DNA of 64,000 nt from Escherichia phage ECCR664. A program made the translations under genes and the position numbers. The stretch lies in sequence record OL631257.1. One strand, given 5' to 3'. How positions within the stretch are numbered: position 1 is the first letter of the stretch; the number at the start of each line of letters is the position of its first letter. Below the pieces are notes generated by a model that worked only from the letters and a program-made list of their open reading frames with translations, did no database searches and had not been told where the DNA came from. Below, in pieces: positions 31,183 to 42,166 of this stretch.

Positions 31183-31554
31183 TTAAAGTATATAATCCCT
31201 GCTTAAAAGCATTCGTTTAATATTCATAATTTCCTCAACTGTAACGATAACATTCGTTAGCTTTACGTTTGGCTTCAGTATGAGAAGTATTATAATCATA
31301 CTCTTCTTTACTGTAAACATCTTTTTCAACTTACGAACTTCTTTGCGGAGTTGTCGATTCATTTCGTTCTTGACTTCAGAATCAACACCTTTCATACGTT
31401 TCCATTTATCTGAGCGGAAGATGTTTTCAACCATGTCTTTGTGGCTAACACCATCAGGAGCTTTACGCTTACCAAAATAGTCGTAATCGCGAACTTTCAA
31501 ATCTTTACGACGATATGTTTTACCCATAAGTACCTCAGAGGTTGATTGATACAA
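31183..31554 (-). CDS. hypothetical basic protein
   Basis: 123 aa ORF; KR-rich. Confidence 0.3.
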   Translation of the reverse strand: MYQSTSEVLMGKTYRRKDLKVRDYDYFGKRKAPDGVSHKDMVENIFRSDKWKRMKGVDSEVKNEMNRQLRKEVRKLKKMFTVKKSMIIILLILKPNVKLTNVIVTVEEIMNIKRMLLSRDYIL

Positions 31555-31783
31555 TGCGTTTGATAAAATTCACTTCACTTACTGAAAGGTCTTTAAGACC
31601 GATTGATTCTAAACGCTGAGTAAGCGTCAACATCGGGATATAGTCCCAATGAGTTTTATTTGCTTGATAAGTACGAACGCCATTAGCAATTTCAACATGC
31701 AAATCTGAAATGGTAACGAATACCAGACGCTCATCATTAACTTTAAGGGTTAGAACAACTTTCTTTGAATCTAAACTAATCAT
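31535..31783 (-). CDS. hypothetical protein (82 aa)
   Basis: ORF only. Confidence 0.3.
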   Translation of the reverse strand: MISLDSKKVVLTLKVNDERLVFVTISDLHVEIANGVRTYQANKTHWDYIPMLTLTQRLESIGLKDLSVSEVNFIKRIVSINL

Positions 31784-32055
31784 AGTTTAATTTCCTTCGC
31801 GATTGAACAGAAGATACCACGGTCACAAAGCATTTCACCAATTTCTGGATATTTGATTGAACGATACCAAACATCTAGGCTTGAAACTCTGGTTATCCGT
31901 ACTGCATTACCGTTGACAGAATAGTACTGGTCGATATTAATTTCTTTATCTTCAATTGTCATTTTATTTTCCTCTATAGCAGTTTGTTTAATCTTAACAC
32001 ATCTATCGAGGATGTAAACTGTTTTATGAAAATATTTTTGATTTGAGAGGGGCAC
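31780..32055 (-). CDS. hypothetical protein (91 aa)
   Basis: ORF only. Confidence 0.3.
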   Translation of the reverse strand: MPLSNQKYFHKTVYILDRCVKIKQTAIEENKMTIEDKEINIDQYYSVNGNAVRITRVSSLDVWYRSIKYPEIGEMLCDRGIFCSIAKEIKL

Positions 32056-32127
32056 AAGGAGATAGTGAAGTGAAGATTCTAATGGATTATATTAGAAATA
32101 GGATAAAGAAGACCAGGCGGCACCTGG

Positions 32128-32440
32128 TCAATCTTCTATGATATCAGAGTCGTATCCTAATGAAATCAAGGACTTTTTAAACTCTGCAATATTCTTTTGT
32201 TTCTTATCATTTAAAAATATGACAGGATAACGAATATTAAGTGAAGTGAATCCTGCACGTTTAGCAAGAGATACGATTAAAGGACGGTCATATTCAATCT
32301 TACCATTATTAGTGAGGACTTTATAAAATGTATAAGGAGCATTGAGCTCCTTTAAAAGTTTTGTAACAGTATAACATCCTGGACAACGTCCAACTTCTTC
32401 AGGGATGCCATAGATTTCAATCTTGTTCTTTAAGTTCGAG
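32128..32440 (-). CDS. nrdH: glutaredoxin-like protein (NrdH-type)
   Basis: KIEIYGIPEEVGRCPGCYTVTKLL: thioredoxin-fold C-P-G-C motif; upstream of nrdG/nrdD; start not resolved (GTG or shift from the 32417..32752 frame). Confidence 0.5.
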
Positions 32441-32752
32441 TTTTGTTCCACGAGAAATAATTCCTTGGTAAGCCCAATAAGGAGGATTAACAGAATCCTC
32501 ACCAGAGTTTTCTTCAGGAAAATAAACCTGGATAACAAATCCAGATGCATCAAATGTAAAATAAACTGTAGGCAGTTCACCTAACAATTCGGCACGAGCA
32601 TTAATTTCTTCAAGATCTCGTTCACGTCCAGCCCAAAAACTAGGATTTAGACTACATTCATAGAAATAATAGTCATTACCGAACATATCAAAACCCTTCC
32701 AACTCTCTACCACGTACCGCTCAAAACTAATCATAATTAAGCCTTTTATCAA
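32417..32752 (-). CDS. hypothetical protein (111 aa)
   Basis: ORF overlapping the nrdH-like frame; may be fused by an indel. Confidence 0.3.
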   Translation of the reverse strand: MIKGLIMISFERYVVESWKGFDMFGNDYYFYECSLNPSFWAGRERDLEEINARAELLGELPTVYFTFDASGFVIQVYFPEENSGEDSVNPPYWAYQGIISRGTKLELKEQD

Positions 32753-32958
32753 GAACAGAATTCAGTTTGTTAGTAATTTTATCCAGACGCTCATTGAACT
32801 CACTAGAAGATAAGCCCTTTTCTGGAGAAATTAAACTAATCACGAAAAATACACCAGTAAAAGGAATAAGAAAAATAGCTCCAACTGCCATAAACAAAAG
32901 AACGTTACAGTTGTAAGAAAATCAGCTAAACCTTTACGAAATTTATACATATTTACCC

Positions 32959-33530
32959 TTAATTAATTAACCAAGCATTGATAAGCAAACCATATTGCGA
33001 ATAAAATTCTGGACCAAAACGAAAAATCATATCATTTATAGTATCCATAATGTAGTTCAATTTAATCATGTTTCCACACCCCATCGGTATTTGACCAAAG
33101 TCGCTGATTATCTGATCCTCGCCACAGCTTTTTGGTCGGAAGATTTTCTCATACTTCCCATCAATAATAACATCAACATATTTAAGCATTTCTAGTTGTT
33201 TAATATCTTCAAACTTGTATCCTGTCCACAACCAAATGCTTTTATTGGGATAAAGATTTTTGCTGTTTGAACAATGCAATGAATAACATCTCGGTTGTCA
33301 GGATAGAGAGGGTCTCCTCCGGTTATAGTCAATCCTTCTATATAATCATTATTCAAGCATTCAATTAATTGTTCTAGTGTTTCACCGGTGAATGGAATAC
33401 CATTTCTAGCGTTCCATGTTGATTTATTATAACACCCTTCGCATTTATGCAAACAACCTGTAACGAAAAGAACGACCCTGCAACCAGGGCCATTCACAAA
33501 ATCGCAAGGATAAAATCTATCATAATTCAT
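32959..33530 (-). CDS. nrdG: anaerobic ribonucleotide reductase activase NrdG (radical SAM); apparent frameshift
   Basis: MNYDR.YPCDFVNGPGCRVVLFVTGCLHKCEGCYN.STWNARNG ... TGGDPLYP matches T4 NrdG as recalled; second fragment carries WLWTGYKFEDIKQLEMLKYVDVIIDGKYEK. Confidence 0.85.
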
Positions 33531-35343
33531 TGGTGTTTAACCCTATGCATGATTTCTTTATTTTTACCGAGATTAAATCCGCGTTCGTTCGGATTTCCAA
33601 GATAACCGCATGTTCTTCTTATAGTGTTCATCTTTTTAGGATCAGTTTCTCCACAAACTGAACAAACAAATCCGTTTTCAGTAGGAGTCATTTCATGAGT
33701 ACTTCCGCATGTAAAACATTTATCCACTGGCATATTAACACCAAAATAATCTAAATGTTGTGCAGCATAATCCCAGACAGCCTCAAGACCCTTTAAGTTA
33801 TTTTTCATATCAGGAAGTTCAACATAAGAAATGTGACCACCTGTCGCAATGAAATGATATGGCGCTTCACGAGAAATCTTTTCAAACGGAGTAATATTTT
33901 CTTCTACTGAAACGTGGAAACTATTAGTGTACCAGCCTTTATCGGTAACATCTTTTACGCTTCCATATTTTTCTGTATCAAGTTTACAGAAGCGATAACA
34001 AAGGTTTTCAGCAGGAGTAGAATATAAACTAAAAGCAAATCCAGTTCTTTCAGTCCACTGTTTAAGATGAGCATTCATTTTAGTTAAAATTTCTTGCCCA
34101 ATATCACGACCAACAAGAATATTCAATTCATGAATACCAATGTATCCTAAAGACACTGAACTTCTACCGTTTTTAAATAACTCAATTATATCGTCGTCAG
34201 GTTTAAGACGAACCCCGAATGCACCTTCTTGGTAAAGAATAGGAGCAACAGTCGCTTTAACTCCTTTTAAGGAACTAATTCTACACATCAAAGCTTCAAA
34301 ACATAAATCCATTCGTTCATTGAACAATTCGATAAATTTCTGTTCATTGAATTGTGTTCCAATATAAGAATCTAATGCGATACGAGGAAGATTCAGTGTT
34401 ACAACACCGAGATTATTACGTCCATCAAGAATTTCATTACCGGTTGAATCTTTCCATACGCTCAAGAAACTACGACAACCCATTGGAGAAACAGGAATAG
34501 ATGAGCCAGTGATAGCTTTATTGTTCTTAGCTGAAATAATATCAGGATACATTCTTTTGCTTGCACACTCTAGAGCGAGTTGCTTAATATCATAGTTCGG
34601 ATCATCTTTATAAAGATTAACACCTTCTTCAACAAACATAACAAGTTTAGGAAAAATAGGAGTTATCCCATCACGTCCAAGACCTTTAATGCGGTTTTTA
34701 AGAATTGCCTTCTGAATCATTCGTTCAGTCCAATCAGTTCCTGTTCCAAATGTTATAGTAACAAAAGGAGTTTGTCCGTTTGAACTAAAAAGAGTATTTA
34801 CTTCATATTCATAAGCTTGGAATGCATCGTATACGTCTTTTTCTGTTTTAGATTGAGCATAATTCAACGCATCAGCGATTTGCCATTTTCTGCATCTTCA
34901 ACATGTTTAGCGTATGTACGTTTAACATAAGGAGAAAGAACTTTATCGACATTTGCAAATGTAGTTCCGCCATACTGATGTGAAGCAACTTGTGCAGTAA
35001 TTTGTGCCATAATTGCAGTAGCAACACCAATCGATTTAGGCGTTTCGATTTGAGCATTGCCTAATTTAAATCCATTCTCAAGCATCCCCTTTAAATCGAC
35101 TAAACAGCAATTAGTAAACGGAAGAGCAGGAGAATAATCAATATCATGCATGTGGATAATTCCACTTTCATGCGCATTCATAATAAAAGACGGGACCATA
35201 TTTTTGGCAATGTGCTTAGACACAATACCAGCCATAAGGTCCCGTTGAGTTGGAAAAACACGAGAATCTTTATTAGCATTCTCGTTCAAAAGATCTTTAT
35301 TAGTTTTATAAATTAATCCTTCAATTTCTTTTTCAATTTTCAT
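33527..35343 (-). CDS. nrdD: anaerobic ribonucleoside-triphosphate reductase NrdD; one apparent frameshift, no intron
   Basis: Fragments 34864..35343 and 33527..34867 total about 605 aa; C-terminal Cys cluster and glycyl-radical region RRTCGYLG; frame junction near 34865. Confidence 0.9.
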
Positions 35344-35344
35344 T

Positions 35345-35812
35345 TTAAACTCTTTCTAAGCTGCTTTTGAATGAAGCTATTAATTGTGTTTTAGTATCAG
35401 ATTCATTATATTCAAATCCTCTTTGAAGCATCTCAGTCATCATTTCCTCTTTACCTAGTCTTGAGAACTCTTTAGTTTTGTCTGGAACAAAATTAGGATG
35501 GATATTATTATCAGAATAATCTTGTTTCAAATAAGCAAGAAGAGCTTCAAGCCATTCGAGGTAATCAACGTTTTGACCTTTAAGACCAGAACGGTTGAAC
35601 TTATGCTTCATTTGACCTTCTGCTGCATTGCACAGGTTACATAGTAAACCACGAACCTTACCAGCTTTTGGCCCGTTTAATTCATGGTCGTGGTCAAGAT
35701 GGTTACCTTGAACATCAGGGTCTAATTCACGGTGGCAAATAGGACACTTACCGTTCTGTGCATCATAAAATTTTTGTTTTTCTTCTTTATATTTTGCGCC
35801 TGATAATAACAT
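35345..35812 (-). CDS. 49: endonuclease VII (Holliday-junction resolvase), gene 49
   Basis: 155 aa; KEEKQKFYDAQNGKC.IC.REL.PDVQ.NHLDHDHELNGPKAGKVRGLLCNLCNAAEGQMKHKFNRSGLKGQ.VDYLEWLE matches T4 gp49 as recalled. Confidence 0.9.
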   Translation of the reverse strand: MLLSGAKYKEEKQKFYDAQNGKCPICHRELDPDVQGNHLDHDHELNGPKAGKVRGLLCNLCNAAEGQMKHKFNRSGLKGQNVDYLEWLEALLAYLKQDYSDNNIHPNFVPDKTKEFSRLGKEEMMTEMLQRGFEYNESDTKTQLIASFKSSLERV

Positions 35813-35841
35813 GATAAACCCTTACCTTAAATAGATAAGGG

Positions 35842-35849
35842 TATTTATA
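35842..35849 (-). promoter_or_regulatory. T4-type late promoter (TATAAATA) upstream of gene 49
   Basis: Plus tatttata at 35842..35849. Confidence 0.55.
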
Positions 35850-35851
35850 AT

Positions 35852-36030
35852 TTAGTAAACGTTATAAAAGTCACGATGAAAACGTTTATATTGACGAATC
35901 ATTTTCTTAGTAGGACGTGTTACTGAAATAATTGAAGTCCTCATATTTGGATTGTTTGGGGCCCCAATCATAATAAATTTCCAGGATTTTTGCCCATTTT
36001 TCTTTCACCATAAAATAATTCAGTTTTCAT
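35852..36030 (-). CDS. small protein with basic VRPTK tail (family member 2), apparent frameshift
   Basis: Not in ORF track; MKTELFYGERKMGKNPGN ... ISVTRPTKKMIRQYKRFHRDFYNVY. Confidence 0.3.
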
Positions 36031-36039
36031 AATAAACCT

Positions 36040-36453
36040 TTAACTTAAACGTCTTTCTAAATATTCAATGTATTCCGCTGCGGCTTGCATCAGATTACCT
36101 TCATAACCGTCATTATTTTCTTGGGCGGCTAATTTAGCTAAAGCATAAGAAATACGTTCACCTTCGAATTTGCCAAGTTCACTGTCACAAACTACTTGGT
36201 CAATTTCTTCGAGTTCATCTATTGAATGGGATTCCCAGAAGCACCAAAGACAAGTATCACGGTCATAGATGCAAAGTTTCTCACCTGTGTTCAACATCAC
36301 TTCGATAATGCCATGGTCGCCATAACCATCTTCGGTAGTAGTACCAATTACCTTGATGATTGTTCCTTTCTTTAATTCAGGAAACTTGACTTGTAGTTCT
36401 TCATCTTCTTTAACAATCTTGAACCATTTACCGCGAGTTTCAGAAATATTCAT
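36040..36453 (-). CDS. hypothetical protein
   Basis: ORF 36040..36570; likely start MNISETRGKWFKIVKED at 36453; Cys-containing, acidic C-terminus. Confidence 0.35.
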   Translation of the reverse strand: MNISETRGKWFKIVKEDEELQVKFPELKKGTIIKVIGTTTEDGYGDHGIIEVMLNTGEKLCIYDRDTCLWCFWESHSIDELEEIDQVVCDSELGKFEGERISYALAKLAAQENNDGYEGNLMQAAAEYIEYLERRLS

Positions 36454-36454
36454 A

Positions 36455-36592
36455 TCAATATTCTCTATAAAAGTTACGATGAGAACGTTTAGCTTTGCGA
36501 AGCTGACGTTTAGTAGGACGAACTGTAAATGGTTGCCCAGAGAAAAATTCGGATCGGTTTTAATAAGCAAATACCAATCGTGCTTGCCATTT
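36455..36592 (-). CDS. small protein with basic VRPTK tail (family member 3), apparent frameshift
   Basis: Not in ORF track; MASTIGICLLKPIRI ... FSGQPFTVRPTKRQLRKAKRSHRNFYREY. Confidence 0.3.
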
Positions 36593-36751
36593 TTAATAAA
36601 CGGTACAATAATTTAACTTGCATAATAATCTCTTCCCATCTCCATATCAATTAATTCATTTATTGAAGGTTCATCATAACATGTTTCTTCGTCGTTGTAA
36701 ACTGTTTCGACGTCTGGCTCGACAGTCTCCCATCGAGCAGAATACCACGGT

Positions 36752-37108
36752 TTAACCCCGGAGTTTATTGAGCTCTTCATAATCAATCCAGGATTCTAGC
36801 CCTGACGGCAGGTCACATTCAATGTTCCACAGAAGCTCTTCAATGGCTTGCAGGCGATTATATTCTTCAACGGTAATGGTAACCATTGGTGCAACCGGTT
36901 CTGCCTTTTTAACCATCATATCGTTCATCAGGACGTAAAGGTCATCACGAACGACAGTGTCGTTCCAACCCCATGATTTGGCTTCGTAAGCTAATGATGA
37001 AGGGAGCACATTTAAAACTTCAATAATAGTTGGAGCATCAGGACCAAGTTCATTGGCACAAACTTCGTATACATCTTGGAAATCTTTAAGATTTAATGAA
37101 TATGTCAT
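36752..37108 (-). CDS. hypothetical acidic protein (118 aa)
   Basis: ORF only. Confidence 0.3.
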   Translation of the reverse strand: MTYSLNLKDFQDVYEVCANELGPDAPTIIEVLNVLPSSLAYEAKSWGWNDTVVRDDLYVLMNDMMVKKAEPVAPMVTITVEEYNRLQAIEELLWNIECDLPSGLESWIDYEELNKLRG

Positions 37109-37367
37109 TTAAAATATTCTCGTAGTTGGTCAAAGCCACCGATCGAAGTTCCATCAGGAGCAAACACTTGAGGCATAGTCAATCCGACTTGTGATTCACG
37201 TCCAAGCTTAACAAGAAGCTCAGCAATTTTCTCATCATCGAACACACCTTTTCTGGCATAACATTAATGAATTCAAATGGCTGTTTCTTAACAGTCAGCA
37301 GTCGTTTCGCATTGTCGCAATAAATGCATTTATGAATAGTAGAGTCGTACCCGTACACTTTAAACAT
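37107..37367 (-). CDS. nrdC: thioredoxin/glutaredoxin NrdC; apparent frameshift
   Basis: MFKVYGYDS.IHKC.YCDNAKRLLTVKKQPFEFIN.MPEK matches T4 NrdC as recalled; frame is lost after about 45 aa. Confidence 0.75.
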
Positions 37368-37773
37368 TATTTTTCCTTTCATCGATTAAATATGCAACGC
37401 CAAATACAATACATGTAATAAAACCTGTGATACAGATAGAAACCAACAACACTGTACCAAAGAACCAAATCAAGTTATCTTTAGTAGTTTGTTTGATATC
37501 CATCTCACGAATTTCTATAGCTATCGTATCACCTTTATTCAGAAGCGTATAAAACGACGGTGATACATGCCTGTCAAAAACTCGACCTTGTTCATCTTTA
37601 TAGACTGCAATAAATTCTAATTTAGAATATTTTCCTGTAGATTGACCTGAAATTAATTCCACTACCTCCACAGGAATTACTTTAGTTTCCATGTAAGTAT
37701 TCTGGCTGTTCCAAATGAACGGAATAATGGCAAAAACTAAAGCTGCGATAAAACAACGAAGGCTATATCTCAT
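37360..37773 (-). CDS. membrane protein (137 aa)
   Basis: N-terminal and C-terminal hydrophobic segments. Confidence 0.35.
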   Translation of the reverse strand: MRYSLRCFIAALVFAIIPFIWNSQNTYMETKVIPVEVVELISGQSTGKYSKLEFIAVYKDEQGRVFDRHVSPSFYTLLNKGDTIAIEIREMDIKQTTKDNLIWFFGTVLLVSICITGFITCIVFGVAYLIDERKNNV

Positions 37774-38078
37774 TATAATGTTCTCTCAAATTTGTGGAAG
37801 CATTTACGGCATTTCAATTTCAAGTTATCAGTGGTCCAGTTAACCAGTTGGACTTGGATAGTTCCACATTCTGGACATGGATGTTTTGCTGCCGATTTGG
37901 CAGCATTTTCACGTCGTTCAACCATTTTCATTATTTCGTTCCATGCCGGAGGAACGAACTCTTCTTCACCGTGGATTTTATCTCGCTGAACAAATTCAAT
38001 CTTTGAACTATCGTCAATAAACTTAACCAAGCCATGATTAGTGCTCATATCAATATCCTCTAGAAGACGTAGTTTCAT
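37773..38078 (-). CDS. zinc-ribbon protein (101 aa)
   Basis: CPECG ... CRKC pair of Cys-x2-Cys. Confidence 0.35.
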   Translation of the reverse strand: MKLRLLEDIDMSTNHGLVKFIDDSSKIEFVQRDKIHGEEEFVPPAWNEIMKMVERRENAAKSAAKHPCPECGTIQVQLVNWTTDNLKLKCRKCFHKFERTL

Positions 38079-39027
38079 TATAACACCTCAATGGCATTTC
38101 GTAAACCATCCGCTTTCGCATTCAGAACTTTTAACGATTTAGTTTGTTCTGCAATCTGGGCTTCGACTTCTTTCAGACGAGATTTGAGGTACTCACGTTC
38201 TTCTCTTAAATTATCAACTTTTTCTACTTTAGGTTCTTTAATAGGCTTAAGTTTATACATATTAGGGTTCTTCAGTTTAATTTGAATTCGAGAACTGAAT
38301 AACATTGAACCGTTATCTTCAGTTTCGCTGAACATTTCAACAACATCCATAGTCTGTAACATCATACGAAGTTTATAAGACAGCGAACGAACGGTTTTGT
38401 TGTGCTTATTAATTTCTTCAGCTTTCATGGTACCGAGATTACGTGAGTAGTAATAAGGAACCTGGATATCAATTGATAATGATGCGTTACCATTACCGGT
38501 TGGTTTGAATACTGCAGTAACCCAATCTTTAACATGAACTTTATTTGTACGACCATCACCGCCAGTGAATAATTTACGAGAATGTTTAAAAAGCATATTC
38601 ACTTGGTTATTGAATTCACAAGCAAATTTATCAGCAAATTTAGTTTCAGGAATTGTAGATAACCAATCAGCTAAATGAGTCTTTTAACATCGTTAATAAT
38701 AGTAAATTCAACCAAATCGGTTTTAGATGTCACAGATTTAATAAAGCTCGGTTTCATAAAGTTTTTAATGTTATCGCGAGCTACAGTAGAAGATAATAAA
38801 CGAGAACGTTTGAACCATTGAAGCAGCGTCCCTAATGAATGAGAATATGCATTTTGAGTATCTTTACAGATATGATTTTCTTGGCCGGTATATGTACCAA
38901 AATCGCGAAGAATACCACTTACTACATCTCGGTGTGGAACATCAAATCCTAATGAACCAGAAGCACGTTGGGCATGAACATTAGCGATAAGACCTGCAAA
39001 ATAATCAATGTAATGTGAACGTGTCAT
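38078..39027 (-). CDS. hypothetical protein with C-terminal coiled coil; apparent frameshift
   Basis: ORFs 38671..39027 and 38078..38602 join through a shift near 38610; heptad-rich C-terminus. Confidence 0.3.
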
Positions 39028-39055
39028 AATATTTTCCTCTCGTTAAGATAGATTC

Positions 39056-39085
39056 ATTATACTCTAACCATCCTTGGTTGTAAAC
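39056..39085 (-). promoter_or_regulatory. early-type promoter
   Basis: Minus strand GTTTAC - spacer containing CCAAGGATGG - TATAAT. Confidence 0.45.
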
Positions 39086-39089
39086 TGAT

Positions 39090-40047
39090 TTATGATTTTA
39101 ATGCATTCATTGCGTTAAAAAGTTTAGAGTACTGCAACTGGAGATTGGTAACTACTTGTTGAGCATCACGAAGCTTAGCTTGTGCTTTGTCAAGTTCAAC
39201 AGACAGTTGGTCCATAGTGGCCTTGATTTGATTGTAATGGTAATCTTCGGCCGGAAGAAGGTCATTAGAAACATTTAGTTTTACTGCAGACAGTTTGCAC
39301 ACATTTGGCAAACCTTTAAACATTGATTTACCCGAAGTAGAATAAGCACTTAAGACTTCGGCCTGTTCAATTGGGGTCCCAGTAAGCGATGCTTCAAACA
39401 ATGCATTTTCCTTTTAAGATTTTGATAGTATTCAGAGTCTTTGTGCCACCATGGCGCAGGAACCTTTTACCAATAGATACACGAGCCTGGATAGCGATAT
39501 GGCCCTTATTCTTAATAGGGTTGATAATATTAAGCTCACGAGAATAAATCGCTTTAATCTGGTGGATATTATCACCTAAAACTTCCAACGCTTGGTGGAA
39601 TACACGAGCAACGTTATCATTCTTAGGTTTATACGTAAGAGTGAACTCATTCTCACTGATAACCATGATTTCTAACTTATCGTAAGTATATTTCAAATGT
39701 TTCATGTTAATTGCTTGAGGACGAATACGAGAAGCAATGGCCATCAGATTGTTAAGGTTATTTCGGAACTGTTTAGCGAAATATTGTCCTTCACCGCCGA
39801 TACAAAAATTACGAAGTTTCTGTTTGGCTAATAAACGGCTGAACTCACCATTTTTAATGAACTCTTTAACGGGTGTGTTAGTAACGCATTCAAATTGAGT
39901 AAACTTACGAGAAGTAATCCCATAATATGAACAGATTTCCTCAATCTCTTCAGGAGTCTTTACAGGCATACGGATAGGATTAGGTCCTGGAGTATATGCG
40001 TTCGAGGTAAATTCTTTGATAAGTTCTCTACGTGTAATAAAAGCCAT
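39090..40047 (-). CDS. hypothetical protein with C-terminal coiled coil; apparent frameshift
   Basis: ORFs 39394..40047 and 39090..39401 in tandem with an 8-nt overlap. Confidence 0.3.
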
Positions 40048-40073
40048 TTTATATTCCTCATGTTGAAAAATTT

Positions 40074-40103
40074 ATTATACTCCAACCATCCTTGGTTGTA
40101 CAT
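40074..40103 (-). promoter_or_regulatory. early-type promoter
   Basis: Minus strand ATGTAC - 18 nt containing CCAAGGATGG - TATAAT. Confidence 0.45.
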
Positions 40104-41098
40104 CATTCCTTAAGAAGTTTTACTACTTGAATAAGATTAGCTCGTTCTGTTTTATTTTTACCATTTAAGCCTGCTAATCGTGAGATTTCATCGTCAGTCT
40201 GTTGAATAGTTACATTAAGTTCGTTAATCAAAGCTTCAAAGTATTTGATTTGCTCAGCATGTTTTGATTCAAATTTCTGAACCGGAATAACGTCTTGGTT
40301 TAGTTCGTCAATAAGGTCTTTAAGAGCATCTTCTTGGTTGATATCGTATTCAACTTCTTTTATTTCTTCAACTAGCTCGTCTTTATATCTAACGTCTTTT
40401 AGTCCTGGTGCTGGTCCTGAAATCTCTTCTTTAAGAGTACAAACATACCCAATACGGTATCCAGTGTCGTCTCGCTTGATATCAACTTCGTCGATAAATC
40501 CACAATGTTTGAGACCAGAGCCGATTAGGTCAAAATATCCTTGACGACGTCCTTCAAACGTTACACGAACTACTAAGACAGTTTTGCCTGCAATCTTTTG
40601 AAGCTCACATTTATAAAAGTCAGTTGAACCTGAATAACGTGGATGAGTTTTAAAGTTCATCTGTCGATCTAGGCCCATTTGTAAACGTGCTGTTACGGCC
40701 ATAAAACGTGTTTGGTTCTCGTTAAGATGAGCAACAATCCATTTCAAAGGCATTTTACACTGTTCACGACCGAACAAATCAGTACGTCCTAGATTACGCA
40801 GGATGTTGTTAGAGTTAATCATCGACAGAACGTTAAGTTTATTCAGCGCGCTGAAGATTCCATCAGCCATTGATTTTCCGTAGCCTTTACACGCTTTAAT
40901 AAGCGCTCGCGGTAGATTAGTATAGATTTCAGACGGCATATGAAAATCAAATTTACTAACCAGTAATTGATGAACTTGGATAGCAATTCGTTCATAATTA
41001 AGCGCTCTGCGATCATTATGGTCTTTAAACCACACTTTAATCTGTGAAGCACATAAACCGTTAATTTCATGTTTTATCGCATCAGATGTAATGCTCAT
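40103..41098 (-). CDS. hypothetical protein (331 aa) with acidic coiled-coil C-terminus
   Basis: ORF; no catalytic motif recognised. Confidence 0.35.
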   Translation of the reverse strand: MSITSDAIKHEINGLCASQIKVWFKDHNDRRALNYERIAIQVHQLLVSKFDFHMPSEIYTNLPRALIKACKGYGKSMADGIFSALNKLNVLSMINSNNILRNLGRTDLFGREQCKMPLKWIVAHLNENQTRFMAVTARLQMGLDRQMNFKTHPRYSGSTDFYKCELQKIAGKTVLVVRVTFEGRRQGYFDLIGSGLKHCGFIDEVDIKRDDTGYRIGYVCTLKEEISGPAPGLKDVRYKDELVEEIKEVEYDINQEDALKDLIDELNQDVIPVQKFESKHAEQIKYFEALINELNVTIQQTDDEISRLAGLNGKNKTERANLIQVVKLLKE

Positions 41099-41160
41099 AA
41101 CTATTTCCTCAGATTGAATTGGAACTCAAAACCATTATAACCCGTCCTTGGGTAAAGCGT

Positions 41161-41373
41161 TTATGCGTGAACCGTCTTTAAACGTTCTTCAAATTTCCGA
41201 AGAGTACTAATACGTTCTGCTTTCTGTTTTGTATAGTTTGCAATACGTTCTGAAGTGAGAGCGTATCGTTCGTTTACTGTTTCTTTCATGAAGTCAGGGA
41301 TTTCACGAGAAGCTTTAATTTCATCAAACTTATCGAGTACTGCCTGGTCTTCAGCGATTAAATTTTCGTACAT
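41161..41373 (-). CDS. hypothetical coiled-coil protein (70 aa)
   Basis: ORF only. Confidence 0.3.
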   Translation of the reverse strand: MYENLIAEDQAVLDKFDEIKASREIPDFMKETVNERYALTSERIANYTKQKAERISTLRKFEERLKTVHA

Positions 41374-41434
41374 CTCGATATCTTTCTTAATGAAGTCGAT
41401 ATCTTCCTGTGTTACTTTGGATAAACGAGATGCT

Positions 41435-41686
41435 TTATCCTTTTGTACTGCTCGTTAGTTTCACGAGACCAGAATAATGTACGTTTTTGTTAGTGTTTTT
41501 GTAGACTTCCACAATTCCAACTGAATCGATGATAACAATCCAATTCCAGCGAGATTTGAAAATCTGACCTCCATCCACGGTAATCTCATTACCATAAGCA
41601 ACGTCATTAAAGAACTTGCTTTGTGCTTCAGATTTAAATTTACCGTCGTTATAATTTACCAGGTTGAAAATATCTTTAGCGTTCAT
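41435..41686 (-). CDS. hypothetical protein (83 aa)
   Basis: ORF downstream of an early-type promoter. Confidence 0.35.
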   Translation of the reverse strand: MNAKDIFNLVNYNDGKFKSEAQSKFFNDVAYGNEITVDGGQIFKSRWNWIVIIDSVGIVEVYKNTNKNVHYSGLVKLTSSTKG

Positions 41687-41712
41687 GTTTTACCTCCAGT
41701 AGTTGATAGGTC

Positions 41713-41742
41713 TATAATAACATAATCATAGACCTTGTAAAC
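41713..41742 (-). promoter_or_regulatory. T4 early-type promoter
   Basis: Minus strand GTTTAC - 17 nt - TATTAT with the palindrome AGGTCTAT/ATAGACCT. Confidence 0.5.
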
Positions 41743-41744
41743 AA

Positions 41745-42056
41745 CTAAAAGAAACTTTTTCGGTATTTTTCCACTGAACCAAACCGACTTCGGGATTTTT
41801 GTAATTTTTCAGATTTAAGTTTCTCTTCCTGTTCTTTCTTATATACACCCTTGTCGTACTGGAGCATCTCTATGGCATTCTTTTGCAAACGATCTAAGGT
41901 AATTAAGGCTTTAGTTTTTCCTTTCAAGGAAGAGTCCTGGCGAACCTCCTCGCTATATTGCATTGTAGAACTAACCATACGATGAGCATAGAGTTCGACT
42001 GCTGCTTTGATTTTTGCATAAAATCCATAACATATCCTCTTTGATTTGTACATCAT
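41745..42056 (-). CDS. hypothetical basic protein (103 aa)
   Basis: ORF only. Confidence 0.3.
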   Translation of the reverse strand: MMYKSKRICYGFYAKIKAAVELYAHRMVSSTMQYSEEVRQDSSLKGKTKALITLDRLQKNAIEMLQYDKGVYKKEQEEKLKSEKLQKSRSRFGSVEKYRKSFF

Positions 42057-42166
42057 TATTTTTAAATATTTCTATGCCCTCAGTAGGTTCCTGGTGTCCT
42101 TCTTTGAGGTAAGCCATATGATTATTCATCTTTATGGCTTTTGTTACCTCAGAACTTCCTATAAGC

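Noticed and set aside
33527-35343. Possible group I intron in nrdD, as in T4
   Set aside because: The two NrdD fragments abut with only a 4-nt overlap and total about 605 aa; there is no insert of intron size, so the break is a single-base frameshift, not an intron.
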